From: Candidatus Poribacteria bacterium
Lineage (GTDB): Bacteria; Poribacteria; WGA-4E; PCPOR2b
Direction of reading: 5' to 3'
DNA length: 64,000 nt
Assembly (NCBI GenBank): GCA_965116925.1
Contig: OZ220744.1
Coordinates: forward strand, 3,296,001-3,360,000
The notes beneath the pieces were generated by a model. That model worked only from the letters and a program-made list of their open reading frames with translations, was not told where the DNA came from and searched no databases. Position numbers and translations under genes: made by a program. This document shows, one piece after another, positions 32,228-41,969 of this stretch; position 1 is the first letter of the stretch; each line of letters opens with the position of its first letter.

Positions 32228-33632
32228 CTTTTACCTCTAATCTTTTATCTATATTGTCCACACGAATTTCCCCCGACAACAACTTCGGCAGCAGCGCGTC
32301 CCGAATTTGGGAGAGGGTCCGGGATTGATGGATATTTTCGATAATTCTTTCGATGAATGGTCGTATGAACTCAGTATATTTTTGGGAAACCTCGACTTGG
32401 GGAAGTGCGATCTCGTACCTCGACATATCTTTCCAATTGGTTCGTGGCATTCTTGTGCCCGCTGAGTAAGCATTAGTATAAGCGATGAATGCGTCGCTAG
32501 AGACAAGACCTAAAACAATACCAAACCATTCTGAATCAATCGGTTGAATTACTAAAATGTCAGTTGAACAAACCCCATCAATCGGTGCAACACCGACCTT
32601 GTGAAAGTAAGGTCGAAGTTTCCCAAAAAGGATTTCGCCTTTTCTGAAGCGGTACTTGTTACTGCCAAGTCCGTCGGCGGTTTGCCATTCAGAGAGCGTA
32701 ATACTCCGTCTTGGCATGTGTTCCAAGCCGATGTAAAATTCATCAGAGTCAATTTCGCTAGCCTTTATACTTTGCCGAATATTTTTGGCAATCTCGCCGA
32801 GTGTGCCAACTTTCCACCCCTCCGGAATCTCCCCCAACGGCGAGCCTTGGAATGCCGAGGGGAACAGGGTAGCAGTTGCGGCATCCATACCAGCGGGCAG
32901 ACGTCCCTCCATCTTTGCTCGCACCGGGTCAAAGTTCACAAACCAAGACTTAAAAATCGCTTGCGCTATTGCTTCTAGCGTTTCATTCATCTGTCGGTTG
33001 AGTTCAATCTTATCATCAAGCGTGCCAAGGATGTGAGCGATGCGGCTTTGTTCATCAAGAGATGGAAGTGGAATTTTAACTTGTTTAAGTTCGCTTTGTC
33101 GAATCCCCAGTACCGTTGTACCTGTGGATCGGGCCTTCAACTGGTTTTGTACAAACGCTGATTGCATTGCAAACTTGAGGTAAGTGTTGTTTATTAGATC
33201 AGGCTTGCCTCGCAAAGTAATAAGCCGTTGTGCAAGAGCGACTTTACGACCATCAAGCTGGGCAACCTCACCCAAGGGGGCTTCCGTCGTCATAACAACA
33301 TCACCCGGTTCTGGCATTCCTCGACGCATCCATAAGTCATAATCCGCAGAAGCTATAAATTCATTTGGCGTCATTATCCGACCATCTCTGACAATCTTCG
33401 CTGTGATTAGCGGAATACCAAATAGAGTTTTACGGGGTGTCTTACCGCGATAATCAATGATTGCTTTCATGCTAGCTTCTATTGATTGAAGTTGCCAGCC
33501 AGCCGGAAAATCAAACATCATATCCTGTTTCTCGTAAATTTCTTCAGATTGTCTGCTTTCTTTAGCAGATTCCGCTTTCTGTATCACTGGGCATTTCTCC
33601 GCTATCCACCTTTTTAGATTTTTCCCCTTCAT
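32211..33632 (-). CDS. hsdS: Type I R-M specificity subunit
   Basis: Two TRDs joined by PSLDEQSRIAHILGTLDDKIELNRQMNETLEAIAQAIFKSWF; ends RDALLPKLLSGE. Confidence 0.93.
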   Translation of the reverse strand: MKGKNLKRWIAEKCPVIQKAESAKESRQSEEIYEKQDMMFDFPAGWQLQSIEASMKAIIDYRGKTPRKTLFGIPLITAKIVRDGRIMTPNEFIASADYDLWMRRGMPEPGDVVMTTEAPLGEVAQLDGRKVALAQRLITLRGKPDLINNTYLKFAMQSAFVQNQLKARSTGTTVLGIRQSELKQVKIPLPSLDEQSRIAHILGTLDDKIELNRQMNETLEAIAQAIFKSWFVNFDPVRAKMEGRLPAGMDAATATLFPSAFQGSPLGEIPEGWKVGTLGEIAKNIRQSIKASEIDSDEFYIGLEHMPRRSITLSEWQTADGLGSNKYRFRKGEILFGKLRPYFHKVGVAPIDGVCSTDILVIQPIDSEWFGIVLGLVSSDAFIAYTNAYSAGTRMPRTNWKDMSRYEIALPQVEVSQKYTEFIRPFIERIIENIHQSRTLSQIRDALLPKLLSGEIRVDNIDKRLEVKDGGTS

Positions 33633-33868
33633 TGACGATGAAAAACCAAAGCCTCTACAATTTCGACATCGTCAGTTATTTCTGTCTCCGAACCGTGAAA
33701 ATCGCTGTGTTGGCCCTCCCAATCGTAGGTTTGGGTGTCCAGTTGGATCTTTATGACAGAAATCCGCTCTGGCAACACATCATCGAAGCCATCCTCATAG
33801 CCATTGACAACGACCCGCAAATCATTCGGATATTTTCTGAGGAGTTCCACTAATTCTTTCACTGTCAT
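33629..33868 (-). CDS. 79-aa acidic hypothetical protein
   Basis: AAGGAG RBS; ATGA overlap with the hsdS start; a degenerate copy at 35760-35837 supports a real gene. Confidence 0.65.
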   Translation of the reverse strand: MTVKELVELLRKYPNDLRVVVNGYEDGFDDVLPERISVIKIQLDTQTYDWEGQHSDFHGSETEITDDVEIVEALVFHRQ

Positions 33869-33952
33869 TTGTTATCTCCTTTGGTATAATGCCGAGACTC
33901 CACCAATGCCGCGGCACATTTAATGTCTGATAGCGTCGTCGCTGAAATTCAT
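33865..33952 (-). pseudogene. Internally deleted relic of the AlbA_2/HATPase gene (both ends retained)
   Basis: [10 protein letters not shown] matches the MNFSDEDIRR start; AAALVESRHYTKGDNK* matches the RAALMEYRPYLKGEGK* end; 33936-33964 is identical to 37574-37602. Confidence 0.85.
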
Positions 33953-35622
33953 GAATTATCTCCACTCCCAACTATTTCCAAATTCTCACTAATCGCGGCA
34001 TCCAACCACCGAGCTTCCGCCATCTGCTCGGTCAGTTTCTCCGTCAAGCGTGCCATCGTCTCCTCAAACGGTTCGCTGTCCTCCTCTTGAGCGGCTGCCC
34101 CAACGTAGCGACCCGGGGTCAAGACATGGCTATGCTTGCGTACCTCCTCTACGGTTGTGCTTTTGCAAAAACCGGGGGTATCGACATATTCACCCGCGCC
34201 CTCATCGCCTCGCCATGCCTGATAGGTATCAGCGATGCGCGTTATATCCTCACATGTTAATTCCCGGTGAACGCGATCCTTCATCACACCGAGTGAGCGA
34301 GCATCTATAAAAAGTATCTCGCCACGACGGTCACGGAGTCGCAGATGATTCCTTGTAGGGGCAACCCTTGTGGTTGCCCTACTCACCGGTGTTGCCCTCA
34401 TACCGGATCCGTGGCGGTTACGGGCAATAAACCAGAGGCAAACAGGGATTTGTGTGGAATAGAAAAGCTGCCCCGGCAACGCCACCATACAGTCCACCAA
34501 ATCAGCTTCAATGATGCTCTTGCGAATTTCACCTTCGGTAGCTGTGTTGGAGCTCATCGAACCGTTTGCCAACACAAATCCAGCCGTGCCGTTTGGCGCG
34601 AGATGATAGATAAAGTGCTGTACCCAAGCAAAATTGGCGTTTCCCACAGGCGGTACACCGTAATCCCAACGTCTATCTTGACGCAACCGGTCGCCACCCC
34701 AGTCGCTGTCATTAAAGGGCGGATTGGCAAGGATATAGTCCGCTTTCAGATCTGGATGCAGGTCGCGGTGGAAACTGTCGGCGTGCTCCTGTCCAAGATT
34801 GCCTTCAATGCCACGAATCGCGAGGTTCATCAGTGCCAACTGTCGTGTGGTTGGATTCGACTCCTGCCCATAGATGACGATATCGTCGCGCTGTCCACCG
34901 TGCGCTTCAACAAAGGTCTCACTCTGAACAAACATACCGCCAGAACCGCAGCACGGATCATAGACCCGTCCACTGTATGGCGCGAGCATCTCAACGAGGG
35001 TCCGCACTACACAGCGGGGGGTGTAGAATTGTCCGCCCCTTTTGCCCTCCTCGCTCGCGAATTCTGAGAGGAAGTATTCGTAGACCCTGCCCAATATATC
35101 TTTTGATCGATTTTCCTGCTCTCCCAGCCCGATTGTGCCAATCAAGTCAATCAGTTCGCCGAGTCGCTGCTTGTCAAGCCCCGGACGCGCATAGATTTTA
35201 GGAAGCACCCCTTTCAGAGGCGGGTTTTCCCGTTCAATCTCAATCATCGCATTATCAACCAACGTCCCAATTTCCGGACGCTTAGCGTTCGCTTGCAGAT
35301 AAGTCCAACGGGCTTTCTCCGGAACGTAGGGGATGTTTTCTGCTATATATTCATCGCGATCCTCAGCAATCTGATAGCGATCAGCTTCCTCTTTAATGTA
35401 GTATTCACTCTGAGGATTCGCAGATTCTTTAAGCAGCCAATCGCGTCGTTCCTCGAAAGCGTCCGAGATATACTTGAGGAAGATCAACCCTAACACCACA
35501 TGTTTATATTCGGCGGCATCAAGGTTATTACGGAGTTTGTCCGCTGCTTGATATAGCTTTGCTTCAAAGCCAAGCGTCGCACCGTTTTCATTCGATTTTG
35601 TATCTCGTTTCTTTTTTGCCAT
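33949..35622 (-). CDS. hsdM: Type I R-M methyltransferase subunit (N6-adenine)
   Basis: [33 protein letters not shown] and ANPPFN. Confidence 0.96.
   Translation of the reverse strand: MAKKKRDTKSNENGATLGFEAKLYQAADKLRNNLDAAEYKHVVLGLIFLKYISDAFEERRDWLLKESANPQSEYYIKEEADRYQIAEDRDEYIAENIPYVPEKARWTYLQANAKRPEIGTLVDNAMIEIERENPPLKGVLPKIYARPGLDKQRLGELIDLIGTIGLGEQENRSKDILGRVYEYFLSEFASEEGKRGGQFYTPRCVVRTLVEMLAPYSGRVYDPCCGSGGMFVQSETFVEAHGGQRDDIVIYGQESNPTTRQLALMNLAIRGIEGNLGQEHADSFHRDLHPDLKADYILANPPFNDSDWGGDRLRQDRRWDYGVPPVGNANFAWVQHFIYHLAPNGTAGFVLANGSMSSNTATEGEIRKSIIEADLVDCMVALPGQLFYSTQIPVCLWFIARNRHGSGMRATPVSRATTRVAPTRNHLRLRDRRGEILFIDARSLGVMKDRVHRELTCEDITRIADTYQAWRGDEGAGEYVDTPGFCKSTTVEEVRKHSHVLTPGRYVGAAAQEEDSEPFEETMARLTEKLTEQMAEARWLDAAISENLEIVGSGDNS
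34355..34380. repeat. GTAG-REP palindrome lying in frame inside hsdM
   Basis: GTAGGGGCAACCCTTGTGGTTGCCCT, identical to intergenic 15113-15138 and similar to 22755, 35640, 37704 and 51776. Confidence 0.88.
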
Positions 35623-35759
35623 GTCATTGATTGTTTTCTGTAGGGGCAACCCTCGTGGTTGCCCAATTCTATCCATCGGTGTGTAGGGCAGGTACAAGAC
35701 CTGCCCCTACGTTTTAATCGTTACAATTTTCGTTTGTTGATCCAAGATTTTATATCGCT

Positions 35760-35837
35760 CAATCCTCATACCCATTGACAACGCCTCGCAAATCGTCTAG
35801 ATATTTTCCAAGGAGTTCCGCTAATCCTTTCACCGTT
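35760..35837 (-). pseudogene. Degenerate 5' fragment of the 79-aa gene
   Basis: ITVKGLAELLGKYLDDLRGVVNGYED* versus MTVKELVELLRKYPNDLRVVVNGYEDG; ATG has become ATA. Confidence 0.8.
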
Positions 35838-37590
35838 ATTTTCCCTCTCCTTTGAGATAAGGACGATACTCCATCAGTGCCGCCCTGCCGACAATTTCGA
35901 CGATACGCACCATCAATTCTTTTCCATCGGCATCGGTGAGATGCAAATCCTCTCCGGGAATGAAATGAACAGGTTGCTGTTTGCCCTCGTTGATAGCGAT
36001 GTTAGAAGCATAGAGGTAGGCCCGGTCATGAGCATCACGTTTGGGATTCAAACGCCCCGACAAGCCCGGAAGAGAGCCAGTCGCCTCCGGAAAGATTACC
36101 GCCCCACCGTTAGGCAGGCTTTGCATTTCAATTGCAAGTTCCCCGTGCGCTGGCACCCAGTCATGCTCAAAGTGTGCAGTATAGCCTGCCACAGCTGCAA
36201 ATACCGTCATAGGAAAGCGCGTAGAATGCAAATTGACTAGTGCCCCCCCATTTTCATCGGTGGTTGTTTGTTTCCATGTCTTATCAGGGAACAGTACCAA
36301 CAATTCGACTCCCGGCACAGGGACGCCGTGATGGCGACACGTAATGACAGCAGATGCCGGTGTCGCATCCGTGGGAGCGGCAGGAATTGTGAGAACTAGG
36401 TCTGAATCATCAATCAGCCGATACACCGGGATTTTTCCACTCAAGGCTTCCGTTTCACGAAGGATGATTGGCACACCGTCCCCACGGCGCTCCATGAAAA
36501 ATTGCCGATCTCCCGAACCCCGAATCTCCCCAACCGGTATCCGTCCAAAGATTGAGGCAAGTGCTTCGTTTCGAGTGGATTGGCGGACCTCCATGCTGTC
36601 GATCGTTAGGTTATTTGGCAGCCCACCGGGTGAGTTTATTTCAAGGCGATCTGCAAACATTGAGAGTCGAATTCGGCTCCCACGAATCGAGTAGTCACGG
36701 TGAACTACGGCGTTGACGATTGCTTCAAACAAGGCGGCTTCACTATATTGGGGCAAGTCGGTCCGAGCCGGATTCTTGTAAGCACCAACCCGCATGTTGC
36801 GTACAGCAAAGGCAACCGCTTCAGTAATTTGTCGGTTCAACGGTCCAGTAATTGTTTGGGCATCTATCTGCCCGGAGGCACGATCGCTGCCTCGATAATA
36901 GGTCGCGACGATGCAAGCGTTGGGCAACCATTCTTCAGGCGACTGACTGCACAACAGAACGCCTGCTACCGTAGCCCGCGTTGTCCCATTTTCGTCACTC
37001 GTCAGTAGCCCCATCCTTTCCAGCGCAGATTCAGGATCCGCAGCACCTACGGTACTCAACAAAGGCTTCCAAAGCGATTCATCTAGGGATCCAAATCCAG
37101 TTCCCTCTACCGGCTGTTTGTCAAACCAGAGGAATCGTGCCTGTCCGCGCTGCTGTGCCAGACGCAGCCGCTCATCGCTCGTCATCCGACGTTTTGAGCT
37201 GCCGACCCGGTGGTAGCTGCCACCGGGGCTATCGTGCTGGGTGTGCCCCTGCGGCACCTCAACTAGCAAGAATGGCACTCCTTTCTCTGTTTCTCTCCGA
37301 AGGACGACAGGACGGATTGGAGGGGTAATCATGTCGGTGCACACTTCCACCAGGAGCCGTTCCAGTTCATCCATCTGCTCGCGCGACATACCTTGAACAT
37401 CGCCGCTGTCAGTCACACCACACAGCACCACACCGCCGTCCGCATTGGCGAATGCAGCGAGTTCATCCGCTAAATCACCGCGACGGGGACTCCTAGGAAC
37501 ATCCCCCACGAACTCAATCTCCTTGAATTCCCAGTGGCTATCTTCACCGAGGCGCATTTGGCGTCTGATATCTTCGTCGCTGAAATTCAT
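35836..37590 (-). CDS. Schlafen/AlbA_2 domain plus HATPase_c_4-type domain protein with an extra C-terminal domain
   Basis: GEDSHWEFKE, AAFANADGG...GVTD, EAIVNAVVHRDYS, EINSPGGLP, RN and ERRGDG. Confidence 0.85.
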   Translation of the reverse strand: MNFSDEDIRRQMRLGEDSHWEFKEIEFVGDVPRSPRRGDLADELAAFANADGGVVLCGVTDSGDVQGMSREQMDELERLLVEVCTDMITPPIRPVVLRRETEKGVPFLLVEVPQGHTQHDSPGGSYHRVGSSKRRMTSDERLRLAQQRGQARFLWFDKQPVEGTGFGSLDESLWKPLLSTVGAADPESALERMGLLTSDENGTTRATVAGVLLCSQSPEEWLPNACIVATYYRGSDRASGQIDAQTITGPLNRQITEAVAFAVRNMRVGAYKNPARTDLPQYSEAALFEAIVNAVVHRDYSIRGSRIRLSMFADRLEINSPGGLPNNLTIDSMEVRQSTRNEALASIFGRIPVGEIRGSGDRQFFMERRGDGVPIILRETEALSGKIPVYRLIDDSDLVLTIPAAPTDATPASAVITCRHHGVPVPGVELLVLFPDKTWKQTTTDENGGALVNLHSTRFPMTVFAAVAGYTAHFEHDWVPAHGELAIEMQSLPNGGAVIFPEATGSLPGLSGRLNPKRDAHDRAYLYASNIAINEGKQQPVHFIPGEDLHLTDADGKELMVRIVEIVGRAALMEYRPYLKGEGK

Positions 37591-37666
37591 GAATTATCTC
37601 CAATTTACCATTTCGCCTGCTGCTTAACCTTTACAATTTTCGTTTGTTATCTCCAAGATTTTATAG

Positions 37667-37803
37667 TCCCGTCTCTCTTTTGCAATGTCATTGGTTGCTT
37701 TCTGTAGGGGCAACCCTCGTGGTTGCCCGTTTTGGGCAGGTACAAGACCTGCCCCTACGTTTTAATCTTACAATTTTCGTTTGTTATATCCAAGATTTTA
37801 TAG
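37667..37803 (-). repeat. Duplicate of the hsdM upstream region and first codons
   Basis: Similar to 35601-35754, including the REP pair and TTACAATTTTCGTTTGTT..CCAAGATTTTATA; that motif occurs a third time at 37631-37665. Confidence 0.8.
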
Positions 37804-37864
37804 TAACATAGGGGAAAAGATTTTAAGAATGCAGCCTTAAATCGTTCAGGTTCTAGGTGCAATG

Positions 37865-38494
37865 TTAAGAGGCAGGAGACAATACCCCCTTAAACTTTGG
37901 CAGCCACCGTGTAAACAACGCGACCGCGTCGGCATCTTGGCGATCCGGCGAAAGCATATGGGTGCCTTTACCCTCGTAAGATAGCGTGTAGACACCGCAG
38001 GCTTTGGGCCCGATGGCGATAACCCCAACCGCTCTACCGATGTCGAACCGTCCCCGAGGACCAACCGCGTACCCGTGGCGGGTGCCTGCCCCGATAGCGA
38101 TGATCCCAAACGAATTGCCGCCAAACGCAACAACACCGACAGAAAACGCACCGACCGCGACGATACCGACAGAGCATGCACCCATAGCAATCACACCGAC
38201 GGAACATGCACCGATAGAAACGACACCGAGGGTCAACGCACCAACAGCAATAAAGCCGATACCGATTGCATCGACTACTTTGTCATTCATCCAAGACCAA
38301 TATTCAAAAGTGACTATCGCACGGAGAAACGACGGAAGGGCTATGTCTAAATGTTTGTTGAGAATTCCGATTGTGTAGAGACCAAAAGCGAGCAGATAAA
38401 CGAGCAGCATAAAAATAGTAGCAGCTTTCCACCATTTTGAAAAATAGGCATCAAAGGTTTCCTGGAACTGTTCAAAGCTGGACGTTTCTGACAT
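37865..38494 (-). CDS. Membrane protein with Gly-rich 10-aa repeats
   Basis: AGGAGG RBS; TM segments; GACSVGVIAM / GACSVGIVAV / GAFSVGVVAF repeats. Confidence 0.7.
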   Translation of the reverse strand: MSETSSFEQFQETFDAYFSKWWKAATIFMLLVYLLAFGLYTIGILNKHLDIALPSFLRAIVTFEYWSWMNDKVVDAIGIGFIAVGALTLGVVSIGACSVGVIAMGACSVGIVAVGAFSVGVVAFGGNSFGIIAIGAGTRHGYAVGPRGRFDIGRAVGVIAIGPKACGVYTLSYEGKGTHMLSPDRQDADAVALFTRWLPKFKGVLSPAS

Positions 38495-38578
38495 CTGTTC
38501 ATACCTCCTTTGAAAAGTAGAGGCAACCCCCGATAGATCGGGATTAAGAAACTTGTGGTTGCCCTCTCTATCAACTTA

Positions 38579-38608
38579 ATTTTATGCTACATTCTCAGAA
38601 ATTGTCAA
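38579..38608 (-). promoter_or_regulatory. Putative sigma70 promoter for the minus-strand cluster
   Basis: TTGACA-18 bp-TAAAAT on the minus strand. Confidence 0.45.
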
Positions 38609-38694
38609 CCAAAAGCGGATAGATGAAACGTAAAAACGATTTGTTCATTGCTGCACTTAATGAACTAATGAACCAATAAGAAAGGGAAAATTTT

Positions 38695-39726
38695 ATGAGC
38701 CAAACATTTCGCGTGGGGCTCACCCGCGACATCCTAGCACCAGATGGAACAATCGGGTTCGGCGACATCGGTTTGAGCCTGTTAGACGAAGCAGCAGGGG
38801 TGGAGTGGGAGGTCTTGGCGGAAAACAGATCGCCGTTGCGCCGCGATCAGGTGCAAGACTATGATGCCCTGCTGGTACTGGGACCATCAATAACTACCGA
38901 GACCTTGCAAGGCGTTGACCGTCTGACTATTCTGGCACGGTTCGGCGTTGGGTATGATACAGTCGATGTGGACGCTTGTACCCAAAACGGCGTTCTGCTG
39001 ACCATCACACCCGACGGTGTGCGTCGACCTGTCGCAGCGGCCGTCATCACCTTCATCTTAGCACTCAGCCAGAAGTTGCTGATCAAAGACCGCCTCACCC
39101 GCGACGGACGTTGGGGCGAGAAATTGGACTATATGGGAATGGGCATCACCGGACGGACGCTCGGCTTGGTCGGACTGGGCAATATCGGGCACGAGGTGTT
39201 CAAACTTGCCCAACCGTTTGGGATGCGTCATCTGGCACACGATCCCTACGCAACATCGGAACAGGCGCAGGCTGCGGGGGTAAAGTTAGTTGATCTGGAA
39301 ACCCTGCTCCGCACGTCAGACTTCGTTTCCATCTGTTGCGCCCTGACCCCAGAGACACACCACTTGATTAACGCGGAACGACTCGCGCTGATGAAAGAGA
39401 CCGCTTATCTCATCAACGCCGCCCGCGGTCCCATCGTCGATCAGGCTGCGCTCACCGACGCATTGCGTGAACGACGCATTCAGGGGGCAGCACTCGATGT
39501 ATTTGAACAGGAGCCGGTAGATCCCAACGACCCGATCCTAACGCTGGATAACGTCATCGTCACGCCGCACGGCATCTGCTGGACGGACGAATGTTTCCTC
39601 GGCAATGGACGAAGCGCGTGCGAAAGCATCTTAGCTGTCGCAGCAGGACGGATTCCAGATAACATAGTCAACCGCGACGCGCTGGACAACCCACGCTTCC
39701 AAGAAAAATTGCGCCGATACGGGTAA
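38695..39726 (+). CDS. D-isomer-specific 2-hydroxyacid dehydrogenase
   Basis: RFGVGYD, GLVGLGNIG, INAARG, LDVFEQEP and TPH. Confidence 0.92.
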   Translation: MSQTFRVGLTRDILAPDGTIGFGDIGLSLLDEAAGVEWEVLAENRSPLRRDQVQDYDALLVLGPSITTETLQGVDRLTILARFGVGYDTVDVDACTQNGVLLTITPDGVRRPVAAAVITFILALSQKLLIKDRLTRDGRWGEKLDYMGMGITGRTLGLVGLGNIGHEVFKLAQPFGMRHLAHDPYATSEQAQAAGVKLVDLETLLRTSDFVSICCALTPETHHLINAERLALMKETAYLINAARGPIVDQAALTDALRERRIQGAALDVFEQEPVDPNDPILTLDNVIVTPHGICWTDECFLGNGRSACESILAVAAGRIPDNIVNRDALDNPRFQEKLRRYG

Positions 39727-39853
39727 TAAGTCAAAAGTTCCTGTAGGTCGAGATTCGCATCTCGACAACCCACTGCCACGCAGTCAAACGACCCCGTAGG
39801 TCGAGATTCACATCTCGACAAAACAGTGTGTCAATCGAAAGGGAATTGTCAAT

Positions 39854-41818
39854 ATGAACCCACTGCCACTCAGGGTGTTGTATTACGGAAAAGACGAACC
39901 GCTGCCGGAACAAACACAGCTCCGTGCAGGTCCCTTATCCACGGTCTTTGAATCGGGCGACCTGCGCTACATTCGGTTCGATGACCATGAGATTCTCCGC
40001 CGGGTGTATGTCGCCGTCCGTGATCACAATTGGGACACGATACTCCCGCAACTCTCAAACGTTCAGATCGAGGGTGAGGGCGACGCATTCCGCATCACCT
40101 ACGATGTGGAGAACAAGCACAGAGAGGTCGATTTCTTCTGGCGGGGCACAATCACAGGGGACGCGAACGGGACCATCACCTTCTCGATGGACGGGGAAGC
40201 ACGGTCAACCTTCAGGCGTAACCGTATCGGCTTCTGTGTGTTGCACCCGATGAGTTGTGCCGGTGTCCCTTGCCGTATTGAGAAGGTAAATGGGACAGTC
40301 GAAGAGAGTGCCTATCCAATCTCCATTGCCCCTCAACATCTGATTGATGGCGAGATTAAGCCGGTCGCACCGTTCAACAATATGCGAGCGGTCAGCTACG
40401 AAGTCACCGCTGGAGTAGAGACGGAGGTGCGATTTGAGGGCGAAACCTTCGAGATGGAGGACCAGCGCAACTGGACTGACGCCTCCTACAAGACCTACGG
40501 CACACCGTTGAGCCAACCCTTTCCGGTGGAAGTTCCTGCGGGTACGAAAATCTCCCAGCGGATTACTTTAACCCTCAATACGAACAGCGGACTAAGCACC
40601 GAGGCACCAGATGCAGCGGCTCAACCGCTCACCTTGGAAATCTCATCTACCGATCTTCGACCACTTCCCCGTATAGGATTAGGCGTTGCCTCCCACGGCG
40701 AGCCACTCAACACAGAGGAGTTGGAACGCCTCAAGCGGCTCAATCTTTCGCATCTGCGCGTGGATATTGACCTGACGCAACCCGATTATGAATCCACCCT
40801 ACGCCGAGCGACCGACGAAGCACGGACGTTGGAGGTATCGCTGGAGCTTGCTCTATTCCTCACCGATGCAGCAGCGGAAGAATTACAGGCATTCGCCACA
40901 GTGGCAGATCGACTGAAACCACCGATTGAAACCTACCTTATCTTCCACAAAACGGAGGCTTCCACATCCGAGCAATGGGTTGACCTCGCACGACGTTATC
41001 TCACCGGTGCAAAAATCGGTGCTGGCACCAATGCGTATTTTACCGACCTGAATCGCAGCCGTCCCTCTGTGGACGCACTAGACCTCGTGTGCTATTCGAT
41101 CAATCCACAGGTGCACGCCTTTGACAATTCTTCACTGAAAGAGACACTCGAAGCACAAGCGGTGACCGTTGAAAGCACCCGGCAATTCACGGACGGATTG
41201 CCTATCGCAGTTACACCCGTTACGCTCTTGGCTCGTTTCAATCCCAACGCCACCGGACCTGAGCCTGCGCCCGCGCAGGGCGAGCTGCCCGCGCAAGTTG
41301 ACATACGACAGATGTCGCTATTTGGGGCGGGCTGGACGCTCGGCAGCATCAAGTATCTTTCCGAAAGCAGCGCATCGAGTGTAACCTACTACGAAACGAG
41401 TGGGTGGCGCGGTGTGATGGAAACCGCGAACGGTTCGCCGCTCCCAGAGAAATTCCGTTCTCTCCCCGGCGGGGTCTTTCCGCTCTATCACATTCTCGCT
41501 GATGTGGGCGAATTTGCCGGGGGCGAGGTCTTGCCCTCAAAATCGAGTGATCCGTTGAAGGCGGAGGGGATTGTCCTTCGCAAGAACGGCAAAATACGGA
41601 CACTACTTGCGAATTTAACCCCCAGCTCGCAACAGGTCAAGGTACAGGATCTGGCGGAAACTGTCCGGGTTCGCCATTTAGACGAAACCAACGCACACGA
41701 CGCAATGGCATTGTCCGAAGCCTTCCATCAGGAAAGGGGCGAACTTGTGCAGACCACTAATAGCACACTTGAACTCAACATGCTCCCCTACGCCATCGCT
41801 CAGATTGATAGCGACTAA
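39854..41818 (+). CDS. Hypothetical carbohydrate-active protein, possibly D-apionate lactonase (ApnL)-like
   Basis: LRAGPL..FE.GDLRYI, VRDHNW, RNRIGFCVLHP, FEMEDQRNWTDASYKTY and NPQVHAFD; family recalled from memory. Confidence 0.5.
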   Translation: MNPLPLRVLYYGKDEPLPEQTQLRAGPLSTVFESGDLRYIRFDDHEILRRVYVAVRDHNWDTILPQLSNVQIEGEGDAFRITYDVENKHREVDFFWRGTITGDANGTITFSMDGEARSTFRRNRIGFCVLHPMSCAGVPCRIEKVNGTVEESAYPISIAPQHLIDGEIKPVAPFNNMRAVSYEVTAGVETEVRFEGETFEMEDQRNWTDASYKTYGTPLSQPFPVEVPAGTKISQRITLTLNTNSGLSTEAPDAAAQPLTLEISSTDLRPLPRIGLGVASHGEPLNTEELERLKRLNLSHLRVDIDLTQPDYESTLRRATDEARTLEVSLELALFLTDAAAEELQAFATVADRLKPPIETYLIFHKTEASTSEQWVDLARRYLTGAKIGAGTNAYFTDLNRSRPSVDALDLVCYSINPQVHAFDNSSLKETLEAQAVTVESTRQFTDGLPIAVTPVTLLARFNPNATGPEPAPAQGELPAQVDIRQMSLFGAGWTLGSIKYLSESSASSVTYYETSGWRGVMETANGSPLPEKFRSLPGGVFPLYHILADVGEFAGGEVLPSKSSDPLKAEGIVLRKNGKIRTLLANLTPSSQQVKVQDLAETVRVRHLDETNAHDAMALSEAFHQERGELVQTTNSTLELNMLPYAIAQIDSD

Positions 41819-41969
41819 CTGATTCATGAAACCAATTCTCACTCATGTTAAGAAATCGTGCAGAAAGCCGATTGAGCTCATTAATGAACCAATGAACTAG
41901 TGAACTAATGAACCAATATACATTTTGTACCTTCCTGTGATATGAACCTCAATACTTATGGAGAAAGCC

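Noticed and set aside
32211..33632. hsdS phase-variation shufflon
   Set aside because: There is no recombinase, no silent TRD and no inverted repeat; only a short direct relic of the 3' end was seen
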